64,000 nucleotides of DNA, from the IMG/VR virus record IMGVR_UViG_3300028591_000090, positions 119,631-183,630 of that record. One strand, written 5' to 3'. The notes below the pieces were generated by a model. It was not told where the DNA came from, made no database searches, and saw nothing but the letters and a program-made list of their open reading frames with translations. Origin of the DNA: a virus (Duplodnaviria > Caudoviricetes). The stretch's first letter is position 1, and the number at the start of each line of letters is the position of its first letter. Below, in pieces: positions 50,003 to 59,266 of the stretch. The translations under genes and the position numbers were made by a program.

Positions 50003-50197
50003 TATTCTATTTTACATTTTTTATATATAATAATAGAAAAATACAAAAAAAAGTAAATATTTACATTTTATTACTTTTTTATATATATATAATAAAAAAA
50101 TACAAAAAAAAGTAAACATAAATAAAAATATATCTTTCTCTATTATTCTATTTACATTTTTTATATATAATAACAGAGAAATACAAAAAAAAGTAAA
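50003..50197. repeat. Three ~46-55-bp AT-rich direct repeats, each self-palindromic; candidate replication origin
   Basis: Units 50003-50057, 50071-50116 and 50144-50197; consensus TTTAC(A/T)TTTTTT-ATATATAATAA...AAATACAAAAAAAAGTAAA. Confidence 0.8.
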
Positions 50198-50203
50198 AAC
50201 TGG

Positions 50204-50234
50204 TTTGTGGTTTGCAAAAAATTTTGTATTTTTG
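50204..50234 (+). promoter_or_regulatory. Bacteroidota sigma-A promoter
   Basis: TTTG, 19-nt spacer, TATTTTTG (50227-50234); abuts repeat unit 3. Confidence 0.75.
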
Positions 50235-50262
50235 CAAACAGATTGCATTAAATTTTAAAAAT

Positions 50263-52041
50263 ATGAATAAAAGTATAGAATGGATTCCTATTTCAGGAGA
50301 AGATAAAAAATATATTTCTGAAATTTCTTTTATAAAAGAATCTGGATTACCAAAAGGAATTATTAATAAAAAGTTAGCTGATGTTGGTGCTACATTTTTT
50401 ACAGCAAACTGTAATAGTAATTACATTATTGTTTGTCCCACTATTGATTTATTAAAAAGTATTTCTTCTGATAAAAATAATCTTTATCCAATTTTTGAAT
50501 GTTATTCAGGAATTTACGAAAAAGATTTTAATGACTTTATAGAAAAATATAATCCAAAATATATTAAAATTGCTGTAACATATGATAAATTTGAAAAAGT
50601 ATCTTCTTGGATAAATCCAAAAGAATTTAAAGTATTAGTAGATGAATATCATTTATTATTACAAACAGTTGATTATAGAGAAAGTGCAATTAGTTCTTTA
50701 TTTCAATCACTAGAACAATATGATTATGTAAGCTTTATAAGTGCTACACCAATTAATCCAAATTATGAGGTAAAGCAATTGTCAAAATTACCTCATTATG
50801 AAATACAATGGAATAAAACAGAAAATATAATTCCTTATAGAGCAAATACAACAAATGTGTTAAAAACATTAAAAAATTTTATAAAATCTTTTTTATCTCA
50901 AAAACTAAAAGCTATGAATGTTAATGGAGAATTAAAAGTTCCAGAAGAACTTTTTATTTTTCTAAATTCAGTCAATTCGATAAAACAAGTATGTGAAGAT
51001 TTACAATTAGATAAAGAAGATGTTAAAATATGCTGTTCTAATAAAATATCAAATAAAAAAATGTTAGACGGTTATGATATTCAAAATGTAATTGATAAAA
51101 ATAAAAAAATTAATTTTTTCACAAGTAAATGTTTTCAAGGTTGCAATTTATTCTCAAATAGTGGATTGATAATTGTTTGTTCAGATGGAGGAAGAAAATC
51201 AATGATGACTGATTTATCTTCTGATTTAGTACAAATTGCAGGAAGGCTTCGTTTTAATGATGAATATCAAAATGAGTTTAGAAATACAATGATTCATATT
51301 TTTAACACAAAAAACGACGTTGAAAGCGATGAAGAATTCGAGGTTCATATGTTAGAATTAAAAAAAGTGTGTAATGATTTAATAACAATTCAAAACAATA
51401 ATCCTGAGCAAGCACAATCTATGATTTCAAGATTAAATCTTACTAATGATATTGTTGTTGTTGACGATTCAGGAAAATTAGTTTATTCTGAAAATAAAGA
51501 AATGTATTTTAGATATTTTCATGATTTAAAGAAAACTTATAAAAATGGCATAAACATAAGAAAATCATATAATAAAGAAAATTTTGAAATAATAAATCAG
51601 GTTAAATTTATTGAAAACAAAAAAACATTTGAAGATGATATAAAAAGATTTTCTTCTGTAAGTTATAAAGATTTATTGATTGATTTTTATGAAGCAACAA
51701 ATAAAGAGCAATATATTGTAGAAAATCCAGAGTTTGCAGATTATTATAAATATTTAACACTAAAAGAAGTTCATTCTATGCAGTATAGTAAAGAAAGGTT
51801 GACTATTGCTGTTAATGATAAAAAAAGATTAGCTTCAATTATAGATAGATCATTAAAAATAGGTTTTATGCCTGCAAGTGAAATTAAACAACGATTAAAA
51901 GAAGAGTTTGAAAAAGAAGGCATTACTATAACACCAAAAGCAAGTCTTGTAGAAAAATCAGATAATTATACTGCAACTTTATTAAATAAATTATACAATG
52001 GAAAGGTAGTAAAAGGGTATTTTATTGTCGAAAAAAATTAA
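50263..52041 (+). CDS. SF2 (DExH) helicase with a C-terminal putative DNA-binding domain; origin-binding-protein candidate
   Basis: Start re-assigned to ATG 50263. Atypical motif I NKKLADVGAT, IIVCPT, LVDEYH, ISATP, FQGCNL, QIAGRLR. Confidence 0.8.
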   Translation: MNKSIEWIPISGEDKKYISEISFIKESGLPKGIINKKLADVGATFFTANCNSNYIIVCPTIDLLKSISSDKNNLYPIFECYSGIYEKDFNDFIEKYNPKYIKIAVTYDKFEKVSSWINPKEFKVLVDEYHLLLQTVDYRESAISSLFQSLEQYDYVSFISATPINPNYEVKQLSKLPHYEIQWNKTENIIPYRANTTNVLKTLKNFIKSFLSQKLKAMNVNGELKVPEELFIFLNSVNSIKQVCEDLQLDKEDVKICCSNKISNKKMLDGYDIQNVIDKNKKINFFTSKCFQGCNLFSNSGLIIVCSDGGRKSMMTDLSSDLVQIAGRLRFNDEYQNEFRNTMIHIFNTKNDVESDEEFEVHMLELKKVCNDLITIQNNNPEQAQSMISRLNLTNDIVVVDDSGKLVYSENKEMYFRYFHDLKKTYKNGINIRKSYNKENFEIINQVKFIENKKTFEDDIKRFSSVSYKDLLIDFYEATNKEQYIVENPEFADYYKYLTLKEVHSMQYSKERLTIAVNDKKRLASIIDRSLKIGFMPASEIKQRLKEEFEKEGITITPKASLVEKSDNYTATLLNKLYNGKVVKGYFIVEKN

Positions 52042-52047
52042 GCAAAT

Positions 52048-52752
52048 ATGTTATATTTTATAGAAAGTTTTGGCTATTATAAAATAGGTTTTACGAATAA
52101 CTTAAAAGAAAGAATGAAGGCATATTCTTCTATGACACCAAAATTTACACTTATAGGAATAAGAAATGGAAATAAAGAAGAAGAACATATGTTTCATGTT
52201 TATTTACACGAATTTCGTCTTGGTAATAAAGAATGGTTTACAGGATTAAATAATGAAACAATTGAAAAACTTACCAAATTATTTAGCACTAACGAAAATA
52301 CTGATTTTTATTATGAAATAAAAGATATTGCTTATAAAAAAGAACATGAAGAACTTATAAATATTGGATTTCAGAATAAAATAAATTTATATTATGAAAG
52401 TAACTTTGATGAAAAATATGAAGATGATGATTTAAAAATATTTAAAGAATATTTAACACTTAAAGAAATAAATTCTTTAAGATATAATAAAGAAGAAATG
52501 AAAAAAGTTTGTGAAGATAAGAAAAGATTTGAAGATATTATTAATAGTGTTTTAGAAGAAGGATTTATGTCTTCTGCAAATATTAAACAAAAAATGTCAG
52601 TCGTTTTTTCTGAAAATAATATTTCTATTGCACCTAAAGCAACATTAATAGAAAAATCAACAACTTATGATATAAAGAAAACGAAAAAAATGAAAAACGG
52701 AGAAGTTATACATGGTTATTTGATTACAAAAAAACAAGATTCTTTATTTTAA
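52048..52752 (+). CDS. GIY-YIG (T5orf172/MUG113-type) nuclease fused to a copy of the helicase C-terminal domain
   Basis: LYFIE...YKIGFTNNLKERM...EEHMFH...KEWF. The C-terminal 92 aa align without gaps to the helicase C-terminus. Confidence 0.8.
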   Translation: MLYFIESFGYYKIGFTNNLKERMKAYSSMTPKFTLIGIRNGNKEEEHMFHVYLHEFRLGNKEWFTGLNNETIEKLTKLFSTNENTDFYYEIKDIAYKKEHEELINIGFQNKINLYYESNFDEKYEDDDLKIFKEYLTLKEINSLRYNKEEMKKVCEDKKRFEDIINSVLEEGFMSSANIKQKMSVVFSENNISIAPKATLIEKSTTYDIKKTKKMKNGEVIHGYLITKKQDSLF

Positions 52753-54158
52753 TGGGAAAAATTATTCAAACATATACACCGAAAGTAAAGAGAGGGAAAC
52801 CAAGATTTTTTGATTATTTTCCACCGAAAAAGAAACATGCTGTTCTTCGAGATTTATATGCAAGACGAAAAAAGATAATAAACATAAGAAATCTTCGCCC
52901 TTTTAGAAAAAGGAAAATCTATAATGCTTTTTATAGAGGGTGTTATTTTTTTGCAAAAGGTAAGGAACATTTAATTAAAGAAGAATATTCTTATATACAA
53001 GAATTTTCTGTTTTCATTGAAACAATTAAAAACATAAAAGAAGATGCAAAGAGAGTTGATGTTATAAAAGAATATATTTCAAATCCTTTGGTAAATTACT
53101 ATCTTCGTTTATGTTATGATCCACATTCAATGAAAATCATTTTTACTTTCAGTAAGTATTTTTATGATGTCAATTACAAAAGTTGTGTTAGTAAATTTTT
53201 TGTTCCGTCTTTTACAGAAGTAGAAGAAAAATTTTACGATGATACAATAGGGAAATACGACAAAAAGAAATATATTATGACTTATGTCGTATTCTATGGT
53301 AAGAAGCATGAAATGAGAGAAATTTTATTAAAACTTACAGACAATTCTGGTTTTTGTTCTATTAAAAAAGAAAAAATAAACGAAGCAATTGGAAGTACCA
53401 TTATCAATGAGTTTAAGATTCGTAGTGGAGAAAAAATGTTACCGAGAGAAATATTACGGAAATTAGATACAATAGAAAATTATTTTGTCGTAAAAAGACC
53501 ATTAGGTGTTAGGGCTTTTGTCGTTATAGATGGGCTTGGTCGTTTAAATGTATTTGCTCAATCTATGAGAAAAGGCGAATTTGTTAGATTAAAACAAAAG
53601 TATATTGATGCTATTTATAAGCAATTTTTTGTGTTTAAAAATGTCGTTTTTGAATGTTTTGTTAGTACAATCGATGAAGAAAATAATATTACCAAAAATA
53701 TAAACGCTCAATATTTGAGTAATCAAAGACGATTGAAAAAATATAATCTTGATAATGTTCATTTCTTTGTATATGACGTATTAACATTTAACGAATATAA
53801 ACAAGGATATAGTGAACTTACATATGCAGAAAGAAGAGAAAAATTAGAATCTTTATTTCAAGACAAAGAACTCCCAAATATGCATTTATGTGAGGGTACA
53901 CAATTAAAAGATAAACAACATTTAATTTCTTTTGCTTCTTTGGCACAAGAATTTGACGGTAAGGATTATTGGGACGGATTGCAATTTATTCCAAATGGTG
54001 AGTATGATATTAAAGATAACATTCCAGAGATTTTTACTCGTTCATATATCGAAAAAACGTATGATTATAATATCCATGCTCGTGAAAACAGAGAAAAACG
54101 ACTAAATAAAATAATAGAAGGATACAGAAAAAAAAGACAGTCTCTAACGTGCCTATAG
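52752..54158 (+). CDS. ATP-dependent DNA ligase-like protein, degenerate
   Basis: YLRLCYDP, KINEAIGSTII, VVKRPLGVRA (motif I), VFECF (III), HFFVYDVL (IIIa), YAERREKL, WDGLQF (IV). No OB domain. Confidence 0.65.
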   Translation: MGKIIQTYTPKVKRGKPRFFDYFPPKKKHAVLRDLYARRKKIINIRNLRPFRKRKIYNAFYRGCYFFAKGKEHLIKEEYSYIQEFSVFIETIKNIKEDAKRVDVIKEYISNPLVNYYLRLCYDPHSMKIIFTFSKYFYDVNYKSCVSKFFVPSFTEVEEKFYDDTIGKYDKKKYIMTYVVFYGKKHEMREILLKLTDNSGFCSIKKEKINEAIGSTIINEFKIRSGEKMLPREILRKLDTIENYFVVKRPLGVRAFVVIDGLGRLNVFAQSMRKGEFVRLKQKYIDAIYKQFFVFKNVVFECFVSTIDEENNITKNINAQYLSNQRRLKKYNLDNVHFFVYDVLTFNEYKQGYSELTYAERREKLESLFQDKELPNMHLCEGTQLKDKQHLISFASLAQEFDGKDYWDGLQFIPNGEYDIKDNIPEIFTRSYIEKTYDYNIHARENREKRLNKIIEGYRKKRQSLTCL

Positions 54159-57100
54159 ATATTAATAACTATATTGATATAAGAGTAGATAAAAAAACAC
54201 CAGAGGATATTGCTTCCGATATTGAAAGGATGCAAAATGACCTTATTAACGAATATAACGAAAACACAACAACACAATGGGATTGTGATAATGTAAGAAA
54301 AGAGGCTTTTTTTTCACAAGATATTACAGATAATGTTTGTGAACCGCCACAACCTGATTTTGCAGAGCCAGAGCCATTAGAAGAACCAGAAATAACAGAT
54401 TATGCTGAATGTGCTAGTGATATGGCTAATGCAGTAGAAGAAATTGGTGAAGAATTGTCTGAAAAGGCACAATTATATGCAAAAACAATAGAATGTGTAA
54501 ACTATCTTGACGAATGGCTTAAAAACCTTGAGCCTGTATATGAATATAATAAAACAAAAATATCACAAAACAAAAAAGTATACAACAGTTTAGACGAAGC
54601 AACAGGACTTGCTTTATTAACAGACTTACAAACAAGAGGTGCAGGAAAGATTCTTATTGCACTAAAAGAATGGTCTCAATTATTGGGACTTGATATGGAT
54701 ATAAGATATAGAGGTAAAGTTATTTTTGGATTCAAATTCAGATACCAATACAAGAAAGAATTACAAGAAAAGATAACAGATATTCAAAAGGTATATTCTG
54801 ATATTGGTTTACCAGATTTTTTGAATGATTCGAGAGACTTACGATATGAAAAATATGTACAAGAAAATGCCGTTGGATATTTGTATGATAAGTATTATGC
54901 TCTAATGCAACACCCGATAGATAATTTCTTTACACCAGCAGAACGAGGTTTGGTTAAAAACACGAAGAATGCATATCATATGCCAATCAACGAAGATATG
55001 AAAGAATATATCAAAGATGATAAGGTTGCCGTTGAGGTATATGGAAGTAATGGAGAATCTTCAACGTATTATGTTGGTGACGATGAAAAAATTGTAAACG
55101 GTAAAACAAATTATAAAAGATACCAAGAGTTTTTTGAATCGACATTTAAGAATGAATTTGAAAAAAGATGTGATAAGAAATATGAAGAAATAAAGAAAAA
55201 ACTTGCATATAAAACAATACTCGCTTTATTAAAAACAGCTGCTGTAGAAGAAGCGACACTTATTTCTAAAAGTTCTGAATCATTTAAATCTTCTCAAACT
55301 TTTGTAGAAAAATACGAAAAGGTTGCTAAATTACAGAAAAGATTAAAAGACATAAAAAATGAAATTGCAGAATCTTTTTCTCAAGAAAAAATAAAAGAAC
55401 AAGTTGCTAATGTTGATTGTTTTAAGGCAGGAAATATCGAAGAAGCACCTTTTGTAGAACCAGATTTTTCTTATGGATTAAATGACCCGACATTACCAAA
55501 TATTAAAAAGATTTGTTATTGGATAAAGTTTTGTGAATGTGCAACAATATACAATTTAACATCTCCATATATCGAACTTGTTTCTACTGATATAGATAAG
55601 AGAAGTGGATTACCATATCTTATGAACAGTATGAGATATTGGGCTGTTGGTTTTATATGTCCGTCTCCTGCTGGACTTGTAAAAGTTCCATTGCCTGCAA
55701 TATTTGTTCCTTTGTATTGTCTTGCAACACCAATGGGAATACTTGTTTTGTTCTTACAAATGAATGGAATATTCCCAACTTTGTCTCTTATGTTTATTGC
55801 TAATGATATGTCTATATCTATGGCTGCTACAGCAAGTTGTCAAGGATTAACATACGGTAATGACCCATTTAATTTTACTGATGATGATGAAACAAACCTT
55901 TTGTCTATAATTGGAATGGATAAAAGTTATAAAGTTCCTTTTATGACACCAGATGAGTTAAAAACTTTTATTCCAGATAGAACAAATGCACTTATTGCAT
56001 ATGCAGAAAAAAAAGCCGAAAATGGATATGCAAGAATTTATGATTTTATAGAAGAAAAAAATCTTGAACTGTGGGAAAAATATGAAATGCTTAAAAGAGC
56101 ACAAAATGGTGATTTTGATATAGAAGACGAATTAAAGAAAATAAGAAATATCTTTAATGACGCTCTCGATATGGTAAACTTTGAGGCAATAGAAGATAAG
56201 GCATTTGAAAGTATTGATGATGTAAGAAAATTTGTAAGAGATATTTTGTACAGTTTTGATTTACCAACAATAACTCTACCTGATAATTTATGTGAAGTAG
56301 ATCCTCAAAATCCACTAACAGAACTTGTTAAAAGAGTTACAGATTTGTTAAATTCAAAAGTTGGCTTACAAGTAAAACCGTCAGATTTAAGAACTGTTGT
56401 TGTTCAAATATTATATGATTGTTTATACAATCCAAAGATAAACAATTTATTAAGAAGATTACCAGAAAAATTAAAGTTTATCAATACACCATTAAGCAGA
56501 TTACAAGAACTTGCTGCTAAAGGTGGTGAACTCGGTGAAAAAGCAAAAATATCTATTAATGAATTTCAAAAATGTGAAGGTGAGTTTGCAGAACTTAAAA
56601 AGGTTTTATGTGAAATTATTGATACAGCAACTCTGTTGATAGACCCAAATATTTTCTATTCTGATGAAAGATTTTTGAAATTACTTGGATTCTTATCAAT
56701 GGATTTCAATGCTTATAATTGTAGAACAGAACTTGATAATCCAAATATACCAGCATTGGATTTTCTATTTGCTTTAGCACAAATAATTAAAGCAACAATA
56801 GAATCAATGAAATTGGCTGATTTCTTACAAATGATTTCAACAATCAATATCGAAAATAAAGAACTTGAAGCAGTAGAATTTGCAAGACGGTTCGTTCTTT
56901 CTCTTCTTACCGATATTGTAAAAAAATATGTCCCAGAAATTCCAATTATAGACCCGACAACATTACAACTTATGTTAGGTTCTTTAACACAATCATATAA
57001 AAAGATAGCAAAAATCTGCGTTCTATTAACTCAAGTTGATTTGAAAGATGCAAGGGATTTTATTCTTAATATGTTGCCAAAGATTGTTATTGATTTGAAT

Positions 57101-57733
57101 ATGTATAGAGATTTGCTTGTAGAACCTATTATGCAATTTATAGAAGAATATCTTCAAAAAACAGAACAAGCAATATCAGATTTAAGTCCAGTATATTACC
57201 GTGAAATGATACGTAAAGAAATTAATATGTTTTTCGACGAAACAAATGTTTTACTTAAACCAGTTATCGAAACATATAATATGGCAGTTAATACATTTAA
57301 GTTATTAAAGAAATTAAAAGACTTAAAACTTAATTTTAATACTGTTGATATGGCATTAAGACCAAAAACTGTTGCTAAAAAGTTAGCAGAAGCAATGCAG
57401 AATGTAAATTGGAAAAATGAAGTCCTTAAAATGTTAGGTCTTGATGGTATTCCCACTATTGACTTAAATTTGGCTGAACTTGCTATCTTGGCTATGAAAG
57501 TATTTGGCGTTTCATTTAATCACTTTGTTGTGTCTGCTGTATGCTGTTTGTCTGGTGAGCCGGGAAAACAAATGATTCGTGTTTTACATCCAATTGCTTT
57601 TTGTGATGATTTACCACCATATGAAAGATTAAATTTACTTAATCCTTTATTTTGTTTGTTTTTGGATAGTTTTTGTTATGAATCGAAGAAATATGGTGGA
57701 TATTGTTCTAATTTTTTACCAATCGGCACGTAA
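54149..57733 (+). CDS. Large hypothetical protein (1194 aa) with a central hydrophobic, Pro-rich segment
   Basis: GTG start; helical; WAVGFICPSPAGLVKVPLPAIFVPLYCLATPMGILVLFL. Confidence 0.6.
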   Translation: MPIDINNYIDIRVDKKTPEDIASDIERMQNDLINEYNENTTTQWDCDNVRKEAFFSQDITDNVCEPPQPDFAEPEPLEEPEITDYAECASDMANAVEEIGEELSEKAQLYAKTIECVNYLDEWLKNLEPVYEYNKTKISQNKKVYNSLDEATGLALLTDLQTRGAGKILIALKEWSQLLGLDMDIRYRGKVIFGFKFRYQYKKELQEKITDIQKVYSDIGLPDFLNDSRDLRYEKYVQENAVGYLYDKYYALMQHPIDNFFTPAERGLVKNTKNAYHMPINEDMKEYIKDDKVAVEVYGSNGESSTYYVGDDEKIVNGKTNYKRYQEFFESTFKNEFEKRCDKKYEEIKKKLAYKTILALLKTAAVEEATLISKSSESFKSSQTFVEKYEKVAKLQKRLKDIKNEIAESFSQEKIKEQVANVDCFKAGNIEEAPFVEPDFSYGLNDPTLPNIKKICYWIKFCECATIYNLTSPYIELVSTDIDKRSGLPYLMNSMRYWAVGFICPSPAGLVKVPLPAIFVPLYCLATPMGILVLFLQMNGIFPTLSLMFIANDMSISMAATASCQGLTYGNDPFNFTDDDETNLLSIIGMDKSYKVPFMTPDELKTFIPDRTNALIAYAEKKAENGYARIYDFIEEKNLELWEKYEMLKRAQNGDFDIEDELKKIRNIFNDALDMVNFEAIEDKAFESIDDVRKFVRDILYSFDLPTITLPDNLCEVDPQNPLTELVKRVTDLLNSKVGLQVKPSDLRTVVVQILYDCLYNPKINNLLRRLPEKLKFINTPLSRLQELAAKGGELGEKAKISINEFQKCEGEFAELKKVLCEIIDTATLLIDPNIFYSDERFLKLLGFLSMDFNAYNCRTELDNPNIPALDFLFALAQIIKATIESMKLADFLQMISTINIENKELEAVEFARRFVLSLLTDIVKKYVPEIPIIDPTTLQLMLGSLTQSYKKIAKICVLLTQVDLKDARDFILNMLPKIVIDLNMYRDLLVEPIMQFIEEYLQKTEQAISDLSPVYYREMIRKEINMFFDETNVLLKPVIETYNMAVNTFKLLKKLKDLKLNFNTVDMALRPKTVAKKLAEAMQNVNWKNEVLKMLGLDGIPTIDLNLAELAILAMKVFGVSFNHFVVSAVCCLSGEPGKQMIRVLHPIAFCDDLPPYERLNLLNPLFCLFLDSFCYESKKYGGYCSNFLPIGT

Positions 57734-57757
57734 TTTTTATTTTTTTAAATTTTTAAG

Positions 57758-57765
57758 TATGTTTG
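57758..57765 (+). promoter_or_regulatory. -7 element TATGTTTG
   Basis: TAnnTTTG 28 nt before ATG 57794. Confidence 0.6.
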
Positions 57766-57793
57766 CGTTGTTAAACTTTTAAATTTTTATAAA

Positions 57794-58975
57794 ATGAAAT
57801 ATGAAGATATTGTAGGTCACAGTCTTGAACCTAATCCAGATTATGAATACTTATTCTTAATGCCATCTGGAAAATACAATGACACGGTAAAATTAACCGA
57901 TGAAGATAAAAAAAGTGTAAAAATCCTATGCAAAGAACCTTATGCACAAGAATATTACAATACGTATGTTTCTAGTGACAAATGTAATATTGCTTGTAAG
58001 GATTTAATGTTGAATCAAATCTATGATGTTCGACCAGTTTCAATCAACAACCAAGACAAACTTATTCATTGTATTGAAGTTGAATCAGGCTCATCTGTTT
58101 TTGTTCCAATTTCAGATGTTAAAAACAAAAATGAACTTACAACAGGTACAATTCTTAAAGTTCTTTTGCAGAAAAACGACAATGGATTCAATTTTGCTTC
58201 TATGAAAAAAGCAGAAAAAGTGATTTGCTTTAAAACTTTGCAACAATATCTTGAAAATGGAACAGATTTCGATGTTATTGTAAAAGAATTGGTAAGAGGT
58301 GGTTTTATTGCTTCTTTTGAAAACACAATAGATTGTTTTATTCCTGGTGCTCACGCCGCAGCAAATATTATTTACGATTTTGAATCTTATTTGGGTAAAA
58401 CGATTCACGTTGTTGTTGATAATTATGATTCAGCAAGCAATATGTTTATTGTATCACATAAGAAATACATTAAGAAAATTTTACCAGAACGAGTTAAAGA
58501 TATTAACTTTGGTACAAAATATAAAGGTGTTCTTACAAGTGATCCAACAAAATTCGGTATATTTGTTGAATTTGCAATTAATCCTAAATACGGACCAATC
58601 TATACTGGTTTGATTCATGTATCAGAACTTGTAGACAAGTATGCAAATTTAAAACAAGGTAATGAAGTAGAATTCTATGTATCTCGTGTCCTTTATGATA
58701 GAGAAAAGAAAAATTTCAAAATAAATCTTACTTTTGACGCTTCTAAAATAGATGAAGAAAATCTATTTTGGCAAGATATGAAGGATAACAAAGAGGGAAA
58801 AGAATTTAATTTTATGATTGAAGATAAAAAATTAATTATTTCTGACGGTGTTGAAGACGGTTTTTCTATAAGTGTTAGTGCTTATGGTTTCGAGAATGAG
58901 GCTCTTGGTAAAACAAAAGTTGTTCTATCTTATGTAGACCATATAAACAAACAAGTAGGATTAAATTTTGTGTAG
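57794..58975 (+). CDS. Ribosomal protein bS1-like multi-S1-domain protein
   Basis: VKELVRGGFIASFENTIDCFIPG and KFGIFVEF...YTGLIHVSEL are S1-domain signatures. Confidence 0.8.
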   Translation: MKYEDIVGHSLEPNPDYEYLFLMPSGKYNDTVKLTDEDKKSVKILCKEPYAQEYYNTYVSSDKCNIACKDLMLNQIYDVRPVSINNQDKLIHCIEVESGSSVFVPISDVKNKNELTTGTILKVLLQKNDNGFNFASMKKAEKVICFKTLQQYLENGTDFDVIVKELVRGGFIASFENTIDCFIPGAHAAANIIYDFESYLGKTIHVVVDNYDSASNMFIVSHKKYIKKILPERVKDINFGTKYKGVLTSDPTKFGIFVEFAINPKYGPIYTGLIHVSELVDKYANLKQGNEVEFYVSRVLYDREKKNFKINLTFDASKIDEENLFWQDMKDNKEGKEFNFMIEDKKLIISDGVEDGFSISVSAYGFENEALGKTKVVLSYVDHINKQVGLNFV

Positions 58976-59019
58976 GATGATATGATGTTTATTATCATTG
59001 TTCATGATTTTTTTAGTGG

Positions 59020-59050
59020 AGAGGTAACAGTAATGTTACCTCTTTTTTTT
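59020..59050 (+). terminator. Intrinsic terminator
   Basis: AGAGGTAACA-GTAA-TGTTACCTCT followed by a T run. Confidence 0.85.
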
Positions 59051-59155
59051 GTGTTAATCAAATCGTTAAAGTTTTTGATAATATCAAACAAAAACGATAA
59101 ATAACAAAAAGTTTAAATATAATTTTAGGAATGTTTAAAATTTTTTACAGAAAAC

Positions 59156-59187
59156 CTTGTGGTTAATAATAAAATTTAGTATTTTTG
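59156..59187 (+). promoter_or_regulatory. Bacteroidota sigma-A promoter for nrdD
   Basis: CTTG, 20-nt spacer, TATTTTTG (59180-59187). Confidence 0.65.
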
Positions 59188-59266
59188 CTTAACAATTTTT
59201 TACTCAATTACGGTTTCTATAAAAAGAACCTTTTGGGGCTTTTCGACTTATTAAAAAATATTTTTT

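Noticed and set aside
50003-50197. CRISPR array
   Set aside because: Only three degenerate AT-rich units with irregular short gaps, no unique spacers of constant length and no cas genes.
50021-50248. 75-aa minus-strand ORF, and the TTG start at 50212 for the helicase
   Set aside because: The ORF is a by-product of the repeats. The TTG lies within the promoter, so ATG 50263 is preferred.
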